64,000 nucleotides of DNA from positions 1 to 64,000 of the forward strand of contig JAQGDQ010000906.1 of NCBI GenBank assembly GCA_030141605.1. Direction: 5' to 3'. The first letter of the stretch is position 1. Every line of letters begins with the position of its first letter. The DNA is from Tubiluchus corallicola (taxonomy: Eukaryota; Animalia; Priapulida). Of the stretch, positions 40,501 to 54,551 are shown one piece after another. The notes beneath the pieces were generated by a model that was not told the origin of the DNA, ran no database searches, and saw nothing but the letters and a program-made list of their open reading frames with translations. The position numbers and the translations under genes are program-made.

Positions 40501-42552
40501 TTATTTTTGTATACCTGTGTTTTTCTTCACCGGTGTATATACTTCGATATTATTCTGATATTTACTCATTATAGTACGTACAAGTCGTTTATTATTAGGC
40601 CTATGTTTGCTTCAAATTACCATCAATCACTTTTTCATATTTCGTTTTTCTTACGCACTTATTCCACTGATGTATTGTTTAATTCTTTGTCTTACTTTTT
40701 GTTATTCGTATTTAATCAGTGGGCAGCACATGCTATTCATACTTGAATTTCTGCTGACATTTGAATGTAAGTATTTCCTTAATTAATAGATCATGTTTTT
40801 GTTAATAAACTATTATTATATTTGAAAAAAATCAGCGTGTTGCAATAGTTTCTTCACGACAGGCAACTATATAATATATAATTTATTTATTAAAATGCAA
40901 ACAAGAGCTGGACCACTACTGAAAAAAGAAAGATCTTAAATCATGATTAGCGATAAATTGAGCTCGAGAATTCAGTTTCTATACACGGAAAACTTTAAAA
41001 AATTGTCTCATAACTCGTACAATTAGAAAATGAAATGTAGTGTCTCTAACTAACACTAGATGGCGAAAGTGACAATGTAGAACCAAATCTGAAAAGACAA
41101 ACAAATTAGGAAAAAACTTTGCTGTGTCTACTGTACTTTACTCTCATAAATTAAAATTAATGCAAACTATTAAATATGAAAGTGTCTCTAACTAACGCTA
41201 GATGGCGAAAATGACAATGTAGAACCAAATCTGAGAAGGCAAACAAATTAGGAAAAACTGTGCTGTGTATACTGTACTTTACTCTCATAAATTAAAATTA
41301 TTGTAAACTATTAAATACGAAAGTGTCTCTAACTAACGCTAGATGGCGAAAGTGACAATGTAGAACCAAATCTGAGAAGGCAAACAAATTAGGAAAAACT
41401 GTGCTGTGTCTACTGTACTTTACTCTCATAAATTGAAATTAATGTAAACTATTAAATATGAAAGTGTCTCTAACTAACGCTAGATGGCGAAAATGACAAT
41501 GTAGAACCAAATCTGAGAAGGCAAACAAATTAGGAAAAACTGTGCTGTGTCTACTGTACTTTACTCTCATAAATTGAAATTAATGTAAACTATTAAATAT
41601 GAAAGTGTCTCTAACTAACGCTAGATGGCGAAAGTGACAATGTAGAACCAAATCTGAGAAGGCAAACAAATTAGGAAAAACTGTGCTGTGTCTACTGTAC
41701 TTTACTCTCATAAATTGAAATTAATGTAAACTATTAAATACGAAAGTGTCTCTAACTAACGCTAGATGGCGAAAATGACAATGTAGAACCAAATCTGAGA
41801 AGGCAAACAAATTAGGAAAAACTGTGCTGTGTCTACTGTACTTTACTCTCATAAATTGAAATTAATGTAAACTATTAAATATGAAAGTGTCTCTAACTAG
41901 CACTAAATGAAATTTAATGTCTCTAATTAGCACCAGATGGCGAAAGTGATCATGTAGAACCAAATCTAAAAAGGTAAACAAAAAACGGGAAACGGAAAAA
42001 ACTGTGCAATTTATGAGAGTAGAGTACAGTAAAAACTACTAAATATGAAAGTGTCTCTAACTAGCACTAGATGGCGAAAGTGACCATGTAGAAAAGGAAA
42101 ACGGAAAAAAGTATTAGAAAAGAACTGCGTTGTGTCTACTGTACTCTACTCCCATAACTTGCACAATTAGAAAATGAAATTTAGTGTTTCTAACTAGCAC
42201 TAGATGGCGAAAGTGAACATGTAGAACCAAATCAGAAAAGGTAAACAAAAGGTCTTTAGTCAGCACTAGAGTGAAAGAATTATTACCACACAATTTCGCG
42301 TTCGCGCCTCTATTTCTGCCCTGTTACATGCATTTCATCATTCGCTAACTGGACGCCTGTATTACGGAAACGCATTGCACGAAAACAATTGCTGTACCTC
42401 TCAGTTCAGATGTGTTAGTTTGTGATGAACTACACACGTTCGTCAGGTAATGCATGAGCACAGCAGTGAATTTAAAATTCCATAAAATTTAATAAAATGT
42501 TTAACCTATTATTTATTTATCTGAAACGCTTTTGCAGCATTAATTGTATTAA
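37534..42552 (+). repeat. Segmental duplication, copy B (contains BTB gene B and a ~143-bp tandem expansion at ~41040-41900)
   Basis: Matches 26660-30950. Lacks ~615 bp that lies upstream of the ATG in copy A and has extra inserts downstream. Confidence 0.92.
38343..39611 (+). CDS. BTB-BACK-MATH-like protein, copy B, intronless CDS
   Basis: 422-aa ORF paralogous to 28039-29343, with the same motifs. Confidence 0.9.
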   Translation: MASSLDEPQTPAERVDAMGDWNERYDYVFGNEDFQELCDATFSVGEIIINASRYVLALRSDVFKRMLFGPLCHKLGDVIPITDVEPEGFLLLLRFIYTDKAEITGDNVLQVLYTARKYNFRELEKMAADFLKSEITTDNVCTILTAACFYESRDVEMKCLEVISVETERVIGSDSFTSLSYDSLLRIVKLDELTISEEGKLFDAVLRWADAECKRKKLEQNVFNKRTVLCDILFQIRFPTMDPELFIKGPVATGILNAEEQANVLINHHQEEASESIFPKTQRNYGAEVVSVMCAVPVKKIDNLKIGGFYNIGDADNLVIRLIRSYDGICSNAGDNRGENCYLDLQVDPSCSSTLRSICKNSYIEVINNNPQRSLKTILNKDTEEWPWDARNIAQFRTVMDPASGFINDGKIRIKVVTLLRK

Positions 42553-42945
<393 letters not shown>

Positions 42946-44072
42946 AAGTTTACTTATCATCATTACAACCAAAAGAAAAATTACAAAATATAAATTTTTT
43001 TAAAAAGAATAAGCAAGACAGAACATACATTGACAAGCACTTTTACACTGTTACAAGATACATGAACAAAATTAATTGAAATAAATCAAAACTCAAGCTT
43101 GGAAATTCAGTAAGCCATGTGGGATAAAACTGTTCATGAATCTCTCTGTTCTGCATCTAGGAAAGGGGGCGAATGGTATAATTGAGAGGCCCATTAGCAA
43201 CCCACGACGGTGCACCACCTAATGCCGACACTCAAGACAAGAGAAAAGATGGAGGCGTTTTTATGCCGAGGCTAATGATCAGTGCTTAATGCCTCATCAT
43301 TTTGTCTCAGTGAATTAGATTTTCGTCTTCTGCACCTAGTTTTATAAAACAGCTAGAGTTTGTGGACAAACACAGTTAGCAAACCACAAGCACTTATAGC
43401 AAGATGGTTAATCGAGTTTAGTACACCACAAGCACTTACAGCGCATTCGTTCATTTAAACATTTTAGGCGGGAGGCGATCCAAAGTGTATCGTGTAGTTT
43501 AAAAACTTTGAAGATCTTCTACGTGTCGCGGTGGCCATTAACAGTAATTTTTAATAGTATTTTAATAGATTTCACATCTATTACTGAAAATACTAATAAA
43601 ACAAATATATACGGAATGGGTCTTATAAATTTTAATAAGCTTTAATTAATATGAAATAGGTAAACTTTTTTGCTGTTAATTACAGGATTGTTGAAGTATG
43701 AACTATGAATTTATTTTCACACATCAAAGTACAATATTGTACACATTAATAAACAATAAATGAAATGAAATATGCAGGGAATAGATAGTTTTTAGATCAC
43801 TGTTTGATGAAGTGGTGATGATGATGTTTGATGAAGTAGTGCAGTTTTCAGTTCTTTCCAATCCTAGTACTTATTCCAAATGATACAACGACATTGTTAA
43901 ATACTGCTGTGCAGACAGCGACGGCAACGAAAGTAAAACTGATGATGATGATGATGATGTTTGATGAAGTAGTGCAGTTTTCAGTTCTTTCCAATCCTAG
44001 TATTTATTCCAAATGATACAACGACATTGTTAAATACTGCTGTGCAGACAGCGACGGCAACGAAAGTAAAAC

Positions 44073-44118
<46 letters not shown>

Positions 44119-44469
44119 AACATTTACATTAGCATTTTGGCCTTTCGTGAGCTACAGCTGTAGTTGCACAAGATTTTACCCGTCTTTTGCACATCTCTGC
44201 CATATTGCTCTGTTTTCTTAGTGATTATGATTCTGAATTTCTTTTAAATTTCCTACTGTGACATTGGTGTTTATGAAGGATGCTTGGAGTACTTTTTCCT
44301 GTCTTGTAACTGTTAAGGGAAGACAGGATGATGTTTCATATACTATCCCCATTTTCAAGTCTGATAAGTTGCATACATTCTAACACGATTTATACTGCAA
44401 ATACTTGCGTATGAGTATGTTCACACGAATTCAGTTCAGTTCCTTTCATTTCCGTTTCAGAAACATGAA

Positions 44470-44732
44470 ACATCATCATCATCATCATCATCATCATACG
44501 CCCGTCACGTCTATTGTAGACATTGGGCAGGCAGAATTCTAAAATAAAAGAAATCTGCCTTCATCATCATCATCGTCGTCGTCATCATTATCATCATCAT
44601 CATACGCCCGTCACGTCTATTGTAGACATTGGGCAGGCAGAATTCTAAAATAAAAGAAATCTGCCTTCATCATCATCATCATCATCATCATCATACGCCC
44701 GTCACGTCTATTGTAGACATTGGGCAGGCACA
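44470..44732. repeat. Three tandem units of (CAT)n + acgcccgtcacgtctattgtagacattgggcaggca; probable retroelement 3' ends on the - strand
   Basis: Direct repeats are visible. A (GAT)n tail is the same tail type as the RTE-like element at 9061. Confidence 0.6.
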
Positions 44733-45326
44733 TTTCTTCCATGACTCACAGTCCAAGGCCACGACTACGGAATGACAGTAGAAGCGATTAGCAAGGGACA
44801 ATGCTGTCGATATTGTGAAAGCACCTGTAGAGTTCTTTAACCTTTCGTTACTAACCACGCTGTAACGAGGTAAGTTTTGGCGTCCTTATTATGACGTCAT
44901 GACGTTATTGGCAACGACGAAAGGTGGCGTTCTGAACAAACTGACTTGTTAGTCTCAAGTTTTTGATGTGGACTGGAAAGTAACTGTAGCACAAAATAAT
45001 AATATTATTTCTGTCCTGCAGACATTTCATTGTCAAATTAACAAATTTTCGAGTTGAACAAACACGTCATCGGTACGTGTTACTCTAGGACATTTTTGTC
45101 GAAAGTTCAAGGGAGCGAAGCAACAAATTGCAATTTTCTGACCGTAGAGAAGCTCTAAATGGACTTAAAATATCAGTTACCTTGTTTCATGCATCAGATA
45201 ATTTATATAATAACTTTATATAATAAATAATCCATCAATCATTAATTTATAAATCATTAATAAATTTATTCCTTTGTTTATTTGTAATAAATAGCAAAAA
45301 CAACAATTTAACAGAAGAAACGTAAA

Positions 45327-45446
45327 AAGCCTACAGCACCTGGTATTCCCAGGCGGTCACCCATCCAAGTACTAACCAGGCTCTACGTTGCTTAACTTCG
45401 GTGATCAGACGAGAACCGGTGTTTTCAACGTGATATGGCCGTAGAC
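45327..45446 (-). rRNA. 5S rRNA gene (solitary, full length)
   Basis: The reverse complement reads GTCTACGGCCATATCACGTTGAAAACACCGGTTCTCGTCTGATCACCGAAGTTAAGCAACGTAGAGCCTGGTTAGTACTTGGATGGGTGACCGCCTGGGAATACCAGGTGCTGTAGGCTT. Internal A and C boxes are intact, and a T5 Pol III terminator follows. Confidence 0.95.
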
Positions 45447-45714
45447 ATTTAAAGTATCTTATAACGTGTTTACATAGTAGAGCTCTGATAGCAAGGTTCG
45501 AGGCACCAAGAATTTTGCCACAGTGATACGTACCAGAAATGGAAAACCCGTGGGAAATATTTTATTACAAGCGAAGATATTTATTGACATCGTGTTTGTA
45601 CAGACGATAAACTGAAATTACAAAACAACTAAACAAACGATCAGCAAAAAACATTGAAACAGAGATTTACCAGGACAGACTGAATAGTTTTTCTGCGTTC
45701 ATAGTATGAAGAAA

Positions 45715-46146
45715 CCGCATGCGCACTGGACACTCAGTAATTCATCGTAGCCTCATCTGCTCGAACATGTGCGTGGGGCCCCGCACACCGCATGCGCACT
45801 AGACACTCAGTAATTCATCGTAGCCTCATCTGCTCGAACATGTGCGTGGGCCCCCGCACACCGCATGCGCACTAGACACTCAGTAATTCATCGTAGCCTC
45901 ATCTGCTCGATTATGTGCGTGGGGCCCCCGCACATCGCATCCGCACTGGACACTCAGTAATTCATCGTAGCCTCATCTGCTCGATTATGTGCGTGAGGCC
46001 CCGCACACCGCATGCGCACTAGACTCTGAATAATTAATCATAGCACATCTGCTTGAGCATGTGCGTGGGGCCCCGCACACCGCATGCGCACTAGACTCTG
46101 AATAATTAATCATAGCACATCTGCTTGAGCATGTGCGTGGGGCCCA
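45715..46146. repeat. ~73-bp tandem repeat, 6 copies
   Basis: Unit ccgcatgcgcactagacactcagtaattcatcgtagcctcatctgctcgaacatgtgcgtggggccccgcaca, with a hairpin tgtgcg...cgcaca. Confidence 0.92.
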
Positions 46147-47039
46147 ATTTGAACAAACCTGTCATGGTTTATATCACTAACCAGATATATAAATGCACGT
46201 AAAACCGTTAACGAAACTCCAGGGACAACATGTGCCGCTCTGCGCCCTGCGGTTGCCATGGTGACCGTTTTACTGCCGAGTTTTAATCCTAGAACTGCCT
46301 CAAGCGTGAACGTAACACGTCAAACATTGCCAAGTTGTAAAATTTACGACTGTAGCATTTCTACAGAGAGTTTCAGTGTACTGGTAATTGAGCTGATGGA
46401 TCTTAAGACATTACTTTACTTACGGAAAACACCATCTGTACACTAGGGTGCAGCATGGACAACATTGCGTAGCTCAGTTTTAAAGTTACGGTGGACGAGC
46501 AGATAACAACAACAACAACAGTTTTGAGATAAAAATTGAAATTTTACATTTACCATTTTGCTCACGTGGATTACGTCACAAACGAACATCTCTGAATTGA
46601 GAGGTGCAACACCTACCACTTTGCTCACGTATGAGTGCATTACGTCACAAACGAACATCTCTGCATCAAGAGGTGCAGCACTTGATCACTTGTTATGACT
46701 ACGACTAACACTAACACTAACACTAAGACTACATACAAATAATAAAAGAAAAAATTTGGCTGAATCAACGAAAATCTAAAACATGGACGATGATTTGATA
46801 TCTCCACAACACTGATCATAGCAGCAGCACAATCTAACCACGTTTGATGAAGCCATGCTGTAAATTTATGTTGATTCGGGCTTCTTAACACTTTTAATAC
46901 ATGATGCTTCAACAATCGGGGCCATGCTTAGTATGCTACTCAAAGGTCTGAAAAAAGAAACTGCTAAAATATTAATATTTTTGTAATCAGCGCAAAATTA
47001 CAATGTTCAATGAATATCATGTCCCTTACTGTCATACTA

Positions 47040-47804
<765 letters not shown>

Positions 47805-48851
47805 AATAGATGATATTAGTCATGCACAGTTATTTACAAAGGTAAACAGGACGTGCTTAGCAATAGACTAACTGAACTGTAGTCTAGGATGGCAGATTTC
47901 AAGAACGAAGTTGCTTAACTGCTTTGTGTATCTTTTCATATTCATATAAACCGCGTATTTTATAACATACCACAATTCAATTCAATTCAATTTTAATTTA
48001 TTTATCTCTTTATAATACTATAATAAAACATGATTAATAAAAGAATCGCAAATAAGTTTTGAAGAGTGGATAAAATGAATAGATAGATTTAGAACTAGTG
48101 AAAGGATAGCGAAAAGACAATTCAACTCAATTCAATTTTAATTTATTTATCTCTTTGTAATACTATGATAAAACATGATTAATAAAAGAATCGCTAATAA
48201 GTTTTGAAGAATGGTTAAACGCTAATATATACAGGGTAACAAACAATTTTGAAACAAATAGAATTGTTGTATAAAAAGGTAATGAAGCACGAGCAGTTAC
48301 ACAAAATGCAAATTCCATTCAACTCTTTTTATTAACTCTGCAAAAATTATCAAATTATAGTATAAAGAATATACAAACCTTATGTTTGTAGCAAAGTAAA
48401 AGGGTGGCGAAGAACCCGTAGGTTATCTAGTCAGCCACCCTTAAATAGCTAGGATTAAATAAAATTAATTTTGGCACTGGTCTCAATTTAAATTTGTATT
48501 AGCATCACATGTGTTACTGGCCTTTAAATGACGGTAATACTGTAGAACGTAATAAAAATAATGTAAACAAGCAAAATTTATAATTCTAAACTAAATCATT
48601 TGAGGCGAACAAAAGAAAAAAAATCACTTAAAATTTTAACATTATATATGCGTAATTTGAGCATTAATTTCAATATCAGGCAAAAACAAAAACTAAAGAA
48701 TGGTCGACTAAAGACGTAGTAAAAAAGAAGTTAACAAATTACACTAAAGAAAAACCGGAGCTAAAAGTATATATATATATAATTAACAGTAACCATGTTG
48801 ATACTATTTAACAGTACAAAAAACGGTATAGTAATAAAATTGTGTACAAAC

Positions 48852-48972
48852 CTATTGTCAGAGAGATAGCCAAAGCACCAACGAGCACAGCCAACAGTCG
48901 GACGCATACTGGATTGCCTCTTTTAAAACTTGTGCTGAAATTTTCGCTAATTTTTTCCCATTTATTAGCCAT
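48852..48972 (-). CDS. First coding exon encoding a signal peptide/anchor (MANKWEKISENFSTSFKRGNPVCVRLLAVLVGALAISLTI G); probable exon 1 of DUF4419 copy A
   Basis: ATG in strong context (ccaacATGG), 40 codons + 1 nt, then a G|GTTTGT donor (phase 1). The upstream region 49050-49140 is CpG-rich. Joined to 20269 it stays in frame (454 aa) and creates ...ISLTIGECQA|NF, a plausible signal-peptidase site. The link to DUF4419 is inferred. Confidence 0.55.
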
Positions 48973-49139
48973 GTTGGTTCATTTCTTACAACACTGCTCG
49001 CACAGTCTGTACTAGTCTGCTGGTTTCTGCTGGACGTCCCGCTTTTTTCAGACGCAAATCTTTTTAAACACATCCGCCACGGCCGGCGCACCGTCTACAC
49101 TCGAATTAGAAATCTTGCTGCGACACTGTGACAGGCGTA

Positions 49140-49411
49140 GCTACTTTGTTTTACAAAGATCATGCATATCAATCGACTTCGTTCTGCAATAAAACGACAA
49201 TAATTAGTTTAAAATAGTGCGCAGAAATCTCAGCTAAATTATGCTAATTGCTTGATGTTTCAATCGTTTCAATGATAAAGAACATGTGTGATTGAAGTGC
49301 TGAATCATTCTTATCTACAGTTTTAGATTCGAATCGAGTTCGAACTAAAAAACTCGTTATAATCGAATTCGATACGAACGTTCGAACTCGAACGTTCGAT
49401 GCTCACCCTTA
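49140..49411. mobile_element. Partial hAT-MITE (same family as 22891-23292)
   Basis: Ends gttcgatgctcaccctta and has a TTCGAA-rich body. Confidence 0.7.
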
Positions 49412-49999
49412 GTTGCTACTGCAACACTTGCTAATAAGAAAAATTATAATTATTGTTAACTTTGCATTACACACTTAAAAATTATATTAGGAATAGCTAA
49501 GTATATGTGAGGTTTGCATCATTAGTAATTTATAGTTAAATCGTTTTTGTCGTTTTTTGTAAGAAGTCTGTCTGCCGAACACAAGCACAGATATGTTCCA
49601 CGTCTTTCGCATGCAGCGATAATTTGCCTTCCAATTACGTTGTGAACTTAATTATGATTACGTGTCGTCATTATGATACATGAAGTGAAGTAATTTTTAG
49701 ATAGTTACATGTACTTCAGTTGCAAATTCCTGAAGTTAAATAATGTTATTTCATGCAGTTATTATAATCTGAAAATGGTTTTCAAAAGGTGGTCATCATA
49801 AAAATAATATTTTATGTTATAAATTATCTTTTACTTAACATTTTTGTTATTAGTCAGAATCAGGCATTGTTACACACTAGCTACTTGCAGCTAATAAAAA
49901 TTGGTATATTTGTTCATGGCGACACATATACAACCCACACAAAAAATAAATGTATAAAAAAGTTGAAACATTTTCCTGTGTTATACAACTATTATACTG

Positions 50000-50525
50000 G
50001 TTGGTTGGCATCCTTCTGTCTCGGAAGACAATGGAGTGTGCGCCAAGAGAGTCAGTTATTGATCACATTGATGGAGCTGCAGCGTCGACTGTGGCTGAGC
50101 AGTGCGATCCTTGAACGTCTCCAGGGCGCACGCCTGGGCAAGGTGTATGGAGATCCAAAGTAGCCCAGACAGCAGGAACCCCCTCTCTTCCTCCCTGGTG
50201 TAGTCCAAAGAAAAGCGGAGCGATATGTTTGGCTCCTTGTTGGCACCAGGTTGGCTGCCGGAGTCAGTGAGCATGGTGCACTGGTCCGCCCTCGGAGCTC
50301 CACTTCTGATTGGAAGGTTTACTCCTCTACACATGACTGTTGGATCACTTGACCTCCTCTGCCCTCTAGTCGTTGGCTGCTTGTGCAGCACCTCTGCCTA
50401 GTGTCGAGATACAGTGTGGGCATCCCGCAAGCCTGCAGCACTTGGTATTCCTTGGCGGTCACCCATCCAAGCACTAACCAGGCTCTACGTTGCTTAACTT
50501 TGGTGATCAGACAAGAACTGGTCAC
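50000..50525 (-). mobile_element. 5S-rRNA-headed SINE-like element (degenerate 5S at 50429-50522 fused to a body shared with 24164-24585)
   Basis: The - strand reads ACCAGTTCTTGTCTGATCACCAAAGTTAAGCAACGTAGAGCCTGGTTAGTGCTTGGATGGGTGACCGCCAAGGAATACCAAGTGCTGCAGGCTT, then directly GCGGGATGCC..., and ends GATGCCAACCAACC. There is no T-run terminator after the 5S part. Confidence 0.7.
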
Positions 50526-50747
50526 CTCTATAACATACTGAAGAATGTCATAATGCAATGAGCTGATGTTTAAATGATGCTATGTAAATTTACTGCACAG
50601 TTTTATTATTTGCGTTTTGTGTGCAAATTCAGTTCTTGAATAAATTTACATAAATTTGGGAGTAAAATCTGATGACGTTCGCTTAAAAGCTAAACAGAAA
50701 GTGGTAGATGTACTGTAAGTGATGTGTTTCTTTCTCTTGGACGGCTC

Positions 50748-51103
50748 TGTTGTGTTTTGTTTCTGTCGGAAGGTTCGTAGAGAAAACAGGAAAATACATT
50801 GTCAAATTAAACTAGTTTATTGTGTGAAAATTCTACAACACGAAGTTTGAAGGAACGCGAAATATGTACAGTCAATGTGATAATCTCGAAACATGAAAGC
50901 GAGAGTGAGTGTGCACATCTGAGAATCTGGTAATCGGAGAATAAAACTGAGCGGCCAGCTCCGCCTTATGTATCAATGCAAATGGACAACACCAGAACAA
51001 TCTAGAAACTACCACTTGTATCGCCTATAGAAAGCTCTAGAATCAACCATTGCTTCTACAAGGTAAAAAGAATGTTCTACTATACTGTAGCATCTCCACA
51101 ACA
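50748..51103 (-). mobile_element. Solo-LTR-like element, inverted relative of 17203-17515
   Basis: TGTTG...CAACA termini. Shares 'gcggccagctccgccttat' and 'aaattaaactagtt'. Confidence 0.5.
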
Positions 51104-51319
51104 CATACATACGTACATACATAATCTTTACTTACTAAGAAGTATTAAAGGTTTTTTACAATTTCTGCACTACTTCATTAAATTGCACTGCCCGAATCGC
51201 CTGTAGAAAGTTCTAGAATCAACGATTGCTTCTACAAAGTAAAAAGATTGTTCTACTATACTATAGAACATTCTACAATTTTCCATTCAGTTCTAATGCT
51301 TGCTAGCGATCTCCACAAA

Positions 51320-52040
51320 ACAATTTGGAAGTAAAATCTGATGACGATTGATGAAAAGATAAACAGAAAGTGGTAGATGCATTGTAAGTAAATGCATTTC
51401 ATGAATAAATTTACATAAATTTGGAAGTAAAATCTGATGACGATTGCTTAAAGCTAAACAGAAAGTGGTACATGCATTGTAAGCAAATGCATTTCATGAA
51501 TAAATTTACATAAATTTGGGAGTAAAATCTGATGACGATTGCTGAAAAGCTAAACAGAAAGTGGTACATGCATTGTAAGCAAATGCATTTCATGAATAAA
51601 TTTACATAAATTTGGGAGTAAAATCTGATGACGATTGCTGAAAAGCTAAACAGAAAGTGGTACATGCATTGTAAGCAAATGCATTTCATGAATAAATTTA
51701 CATAAATTTGGGAGTAAAATCTAATGACGATTGCTGAAAAGCTAAACAGAAAGTGGTACATGCATTGTAAGCAAATGCATTTCATGAATAAATTTACATA
51801 AATTTGGAAGTAAAATCTGATGACGATTGCTGAAAAGCTAAACAGAAAGTGGTACATGCATTGTAAGCAAATGCATTTCATGAATAAATTTACATAAATT
51901 TGGGAGTAAAATCTGATGACGATTGCTGAAAAGCTAAACAGAAAGTGGTACATGCATTGTAAGCAAATGTATTTCATGAATAAATTTATATAAATTTGGA
52001 AGTAAAATCTGATGACGATTGCTTAAAAGCTAAACAGAAG
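51320..52040. repeat. ~123-bp tandem repeat, ~6 copies
   Basis: Unit 'aatttgggagtaaaatctgatgacgattgctgaaaagctaaacagaaagtggtacatgcattgtaagcaaatgcatttcatgaataaatttacat...'. An isolated unit also sits at ~50637-50720. Confidence 0.92.
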
Positions 52041-53955
52041 GTGGGGTATCCTGTGCATTACTGAACGTTCTTAGACTTCGATGCCACACTCTGTTCACAG
52101 GTGAGTATTCTGTGTCACACTCTGTTCACAGGTGAGTATTCTGTGCCACACTCTGTTCACAGGTGAGTACGTGTTAATCTTTGTTGATCTGCATCTGTAC
52201 TTGATTCACAGTGTTTTACTTGCTGACGTTTGTGTTCCATTTGTTAGTAAAGGCCAGACACAATTTCCAATTTTGAAGATTAGTATTATTAACTCCTTCA
52301 GCGCCACAAGTGCTGACTGCATTTTGCGTGGGTGTACGAAATGCTTGATAATTACATTATATTTGATAATTTTCGTAGGTTTCTATTTTTCACACAGTGG
52401 ATTTTGATGAGAAATAACATGTGAATTGCATTTGCTTACCTTAGACAAATTAAAAATCGATTTTTGCTGAAAAAAATTTAAAAAAGCTTTCAGTAACTGC
52501 AGCATTTGCACTTTACCAATGTACAGAATCACTTGTGAAATTTGTTAATGTAGAAAATTTCAACTACCCAGGCGCAACTCTGTGATAAACTTTGGCCTCA
52601 TATCTACTCCATTTCCAAGGAGAAGTTCCTGTTAAAAGATAAAACGACCTTAGTTTCTTTCTGGGTGCATGATGGTTTTTCCTGGAACTCCGTTCAGCAG
52701 ACAGTTCTCTTGGGCTGTAGTGAGCAGGCGATCAATAAAATTGTGTGTACGATCACGCTAGTGTACACTACTCAATAGGCTAAGTTGAAGTGCCTGAACA
52801 GGGCGTGTTTGTTTTAATTTTAGCCAATTAAACCACTTACAAATGTTTGTACAAGTAGCACGATTGAATAGCTGAGATTCTCCTGAATAGAACAGTACTC
52901 AATTTGTAATCATTTAGTTATGTCTGTGATCATACAGTAGCAGAAAGTCGGTGGTTTTATAAGACCAATTTTTAATGGTGCAGTCCCGAATGAGTTAAAT
53001 AAACATAAGGGGCATTTGCCAGACATGCGTCATGTATTACTGCACATCTAGCTACGTATATAATGCAAATGACCGATTGCAATCAAACAGTAACAATTTT
53101 TTACGCAAAACAGCATGACGAATCTTGGATATTTGGTAAAACGCTGCTAGGCTTGTTATCAAGCACGAGATCTGTTGCTGTTAATTTACTGCTATTAAAT
53201 ACGATTAATATCTTCCTTGCTTTAGATTTTCCAAAAACATTTTTTGGTATGTATTTATTATTATTACTATTAAAGATGGGTAATATCTTCCTTGCTTTAG
53301 ATTTTTCAAAAACATTTTTTGGTATGTATTTATTATCGTACACGTCCCCTACTGGTACTGAAGCACTGTTAACAAGGCTTACATGTTTTTTCTCAAGTAA
53401 TTATTCTTATTTTTAGTCATTTCTGACCACAATTGGCTTGTAATAAAAATAACGTTATGTTTTTACATATCCATATAAAGCACCATTTCTATTCTATTCT
53501 ATGAAGCTACACCAGTGTCCCGTTTAATGCCTTTTTACACTGTTACTGAGGCAAGGATTTGTCTATGTCAAACAACCTCAAAAAATGCCAAACTGCTATA
53601 CTTTGCTCATTTATGCCACAAGCTGCATGGCAATGCTGATTCATTTTCATTATGTAGTGCTGTGAAAATGCTCTATTTCGTCACCTGATTCAGATGAAAA
53701 ATGCTTGATTAGTTACATCAGGTGCTGCTGGCCAAACCAACCCACTGCTATAAACACTCTCCAACTCAGCGAGTCTGGCATTATGCGGGTGGCTAATAAT
53801 AACTCACTTTTCACAATTTGTGCCAAGTAGCTCTTACTGTAATTGTACATCAATTATGCTTAACTTACATGCTGGCAATCAGTTGTGACGACAGCATTGT
53901 CTTTTTTGCTCAAGAGTTAGATGTAAGTTACAAACTGGCTTTGCGAAAGTTTATA

Positions 53956-54451
53956 CGGTCAAACCTCGTTATAACGCCGGTTCTGGGACACCAGTAAATA
54001 TGGCACTGTAGCGGGGTTGGCCGTAAGGCAAGCTTCTTTAAATAGTAGTAGTAGTAGTAGTAAAATATCAAATATCAAAGCCATTCCTAGTTTCTGGTTA
54101 ATTTTAATATGTCACAAATAGTATAATACCGTTATACCTACACCATTAAGTAAGGAATGTACCAGCTCTGTCTCAAACACCAAGACGACAAGAATAAATT
54201 TAACAACTTTATTGTAACTCGCAAAGCAACGAGGTTGTAACTAGAATGATGAGCGCAACGGAACAACAAAGAAGTTGAAAACAAAAGGGCGACTTTGCAA
54301 AAGGGATAAAGTTGATAACACTAACAACACGCATGTATACTGGCGCTACAACATCACAGGTGTTATACTTTACATTTTTGCCGCATTAACAAAATTAATG
54401 GTGAAGCTGGCTTTATAATGGGGGAGGGGGCGGTATAACAAGGTTCGACTG
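53956..54451. mobile_element. Tc1/mariner/pogo-type MITE with TA TSD
   Basis: TA|CGGTCAAACCTCGTTATAACG ... CGGTATAACAAGGTTCGACTG|TA. Confidence 0.75.
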
Positions 54452-54551
54452 TAGAATTACAAGGAAGTTACTCAAAATTTTTACACCTGAGATATTATTC
54501 ATTGTTTCCAGTTTGTGCAGTACAGGTCACTTGACATTTGACATGTTTCAG

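Noticed and set aside
44770-44875. Possible exon ending in GAG|GTAAGT
   Set aside because: All frames are closed shortly before the donor. It could be non-coding, but nothing links it to a gene.
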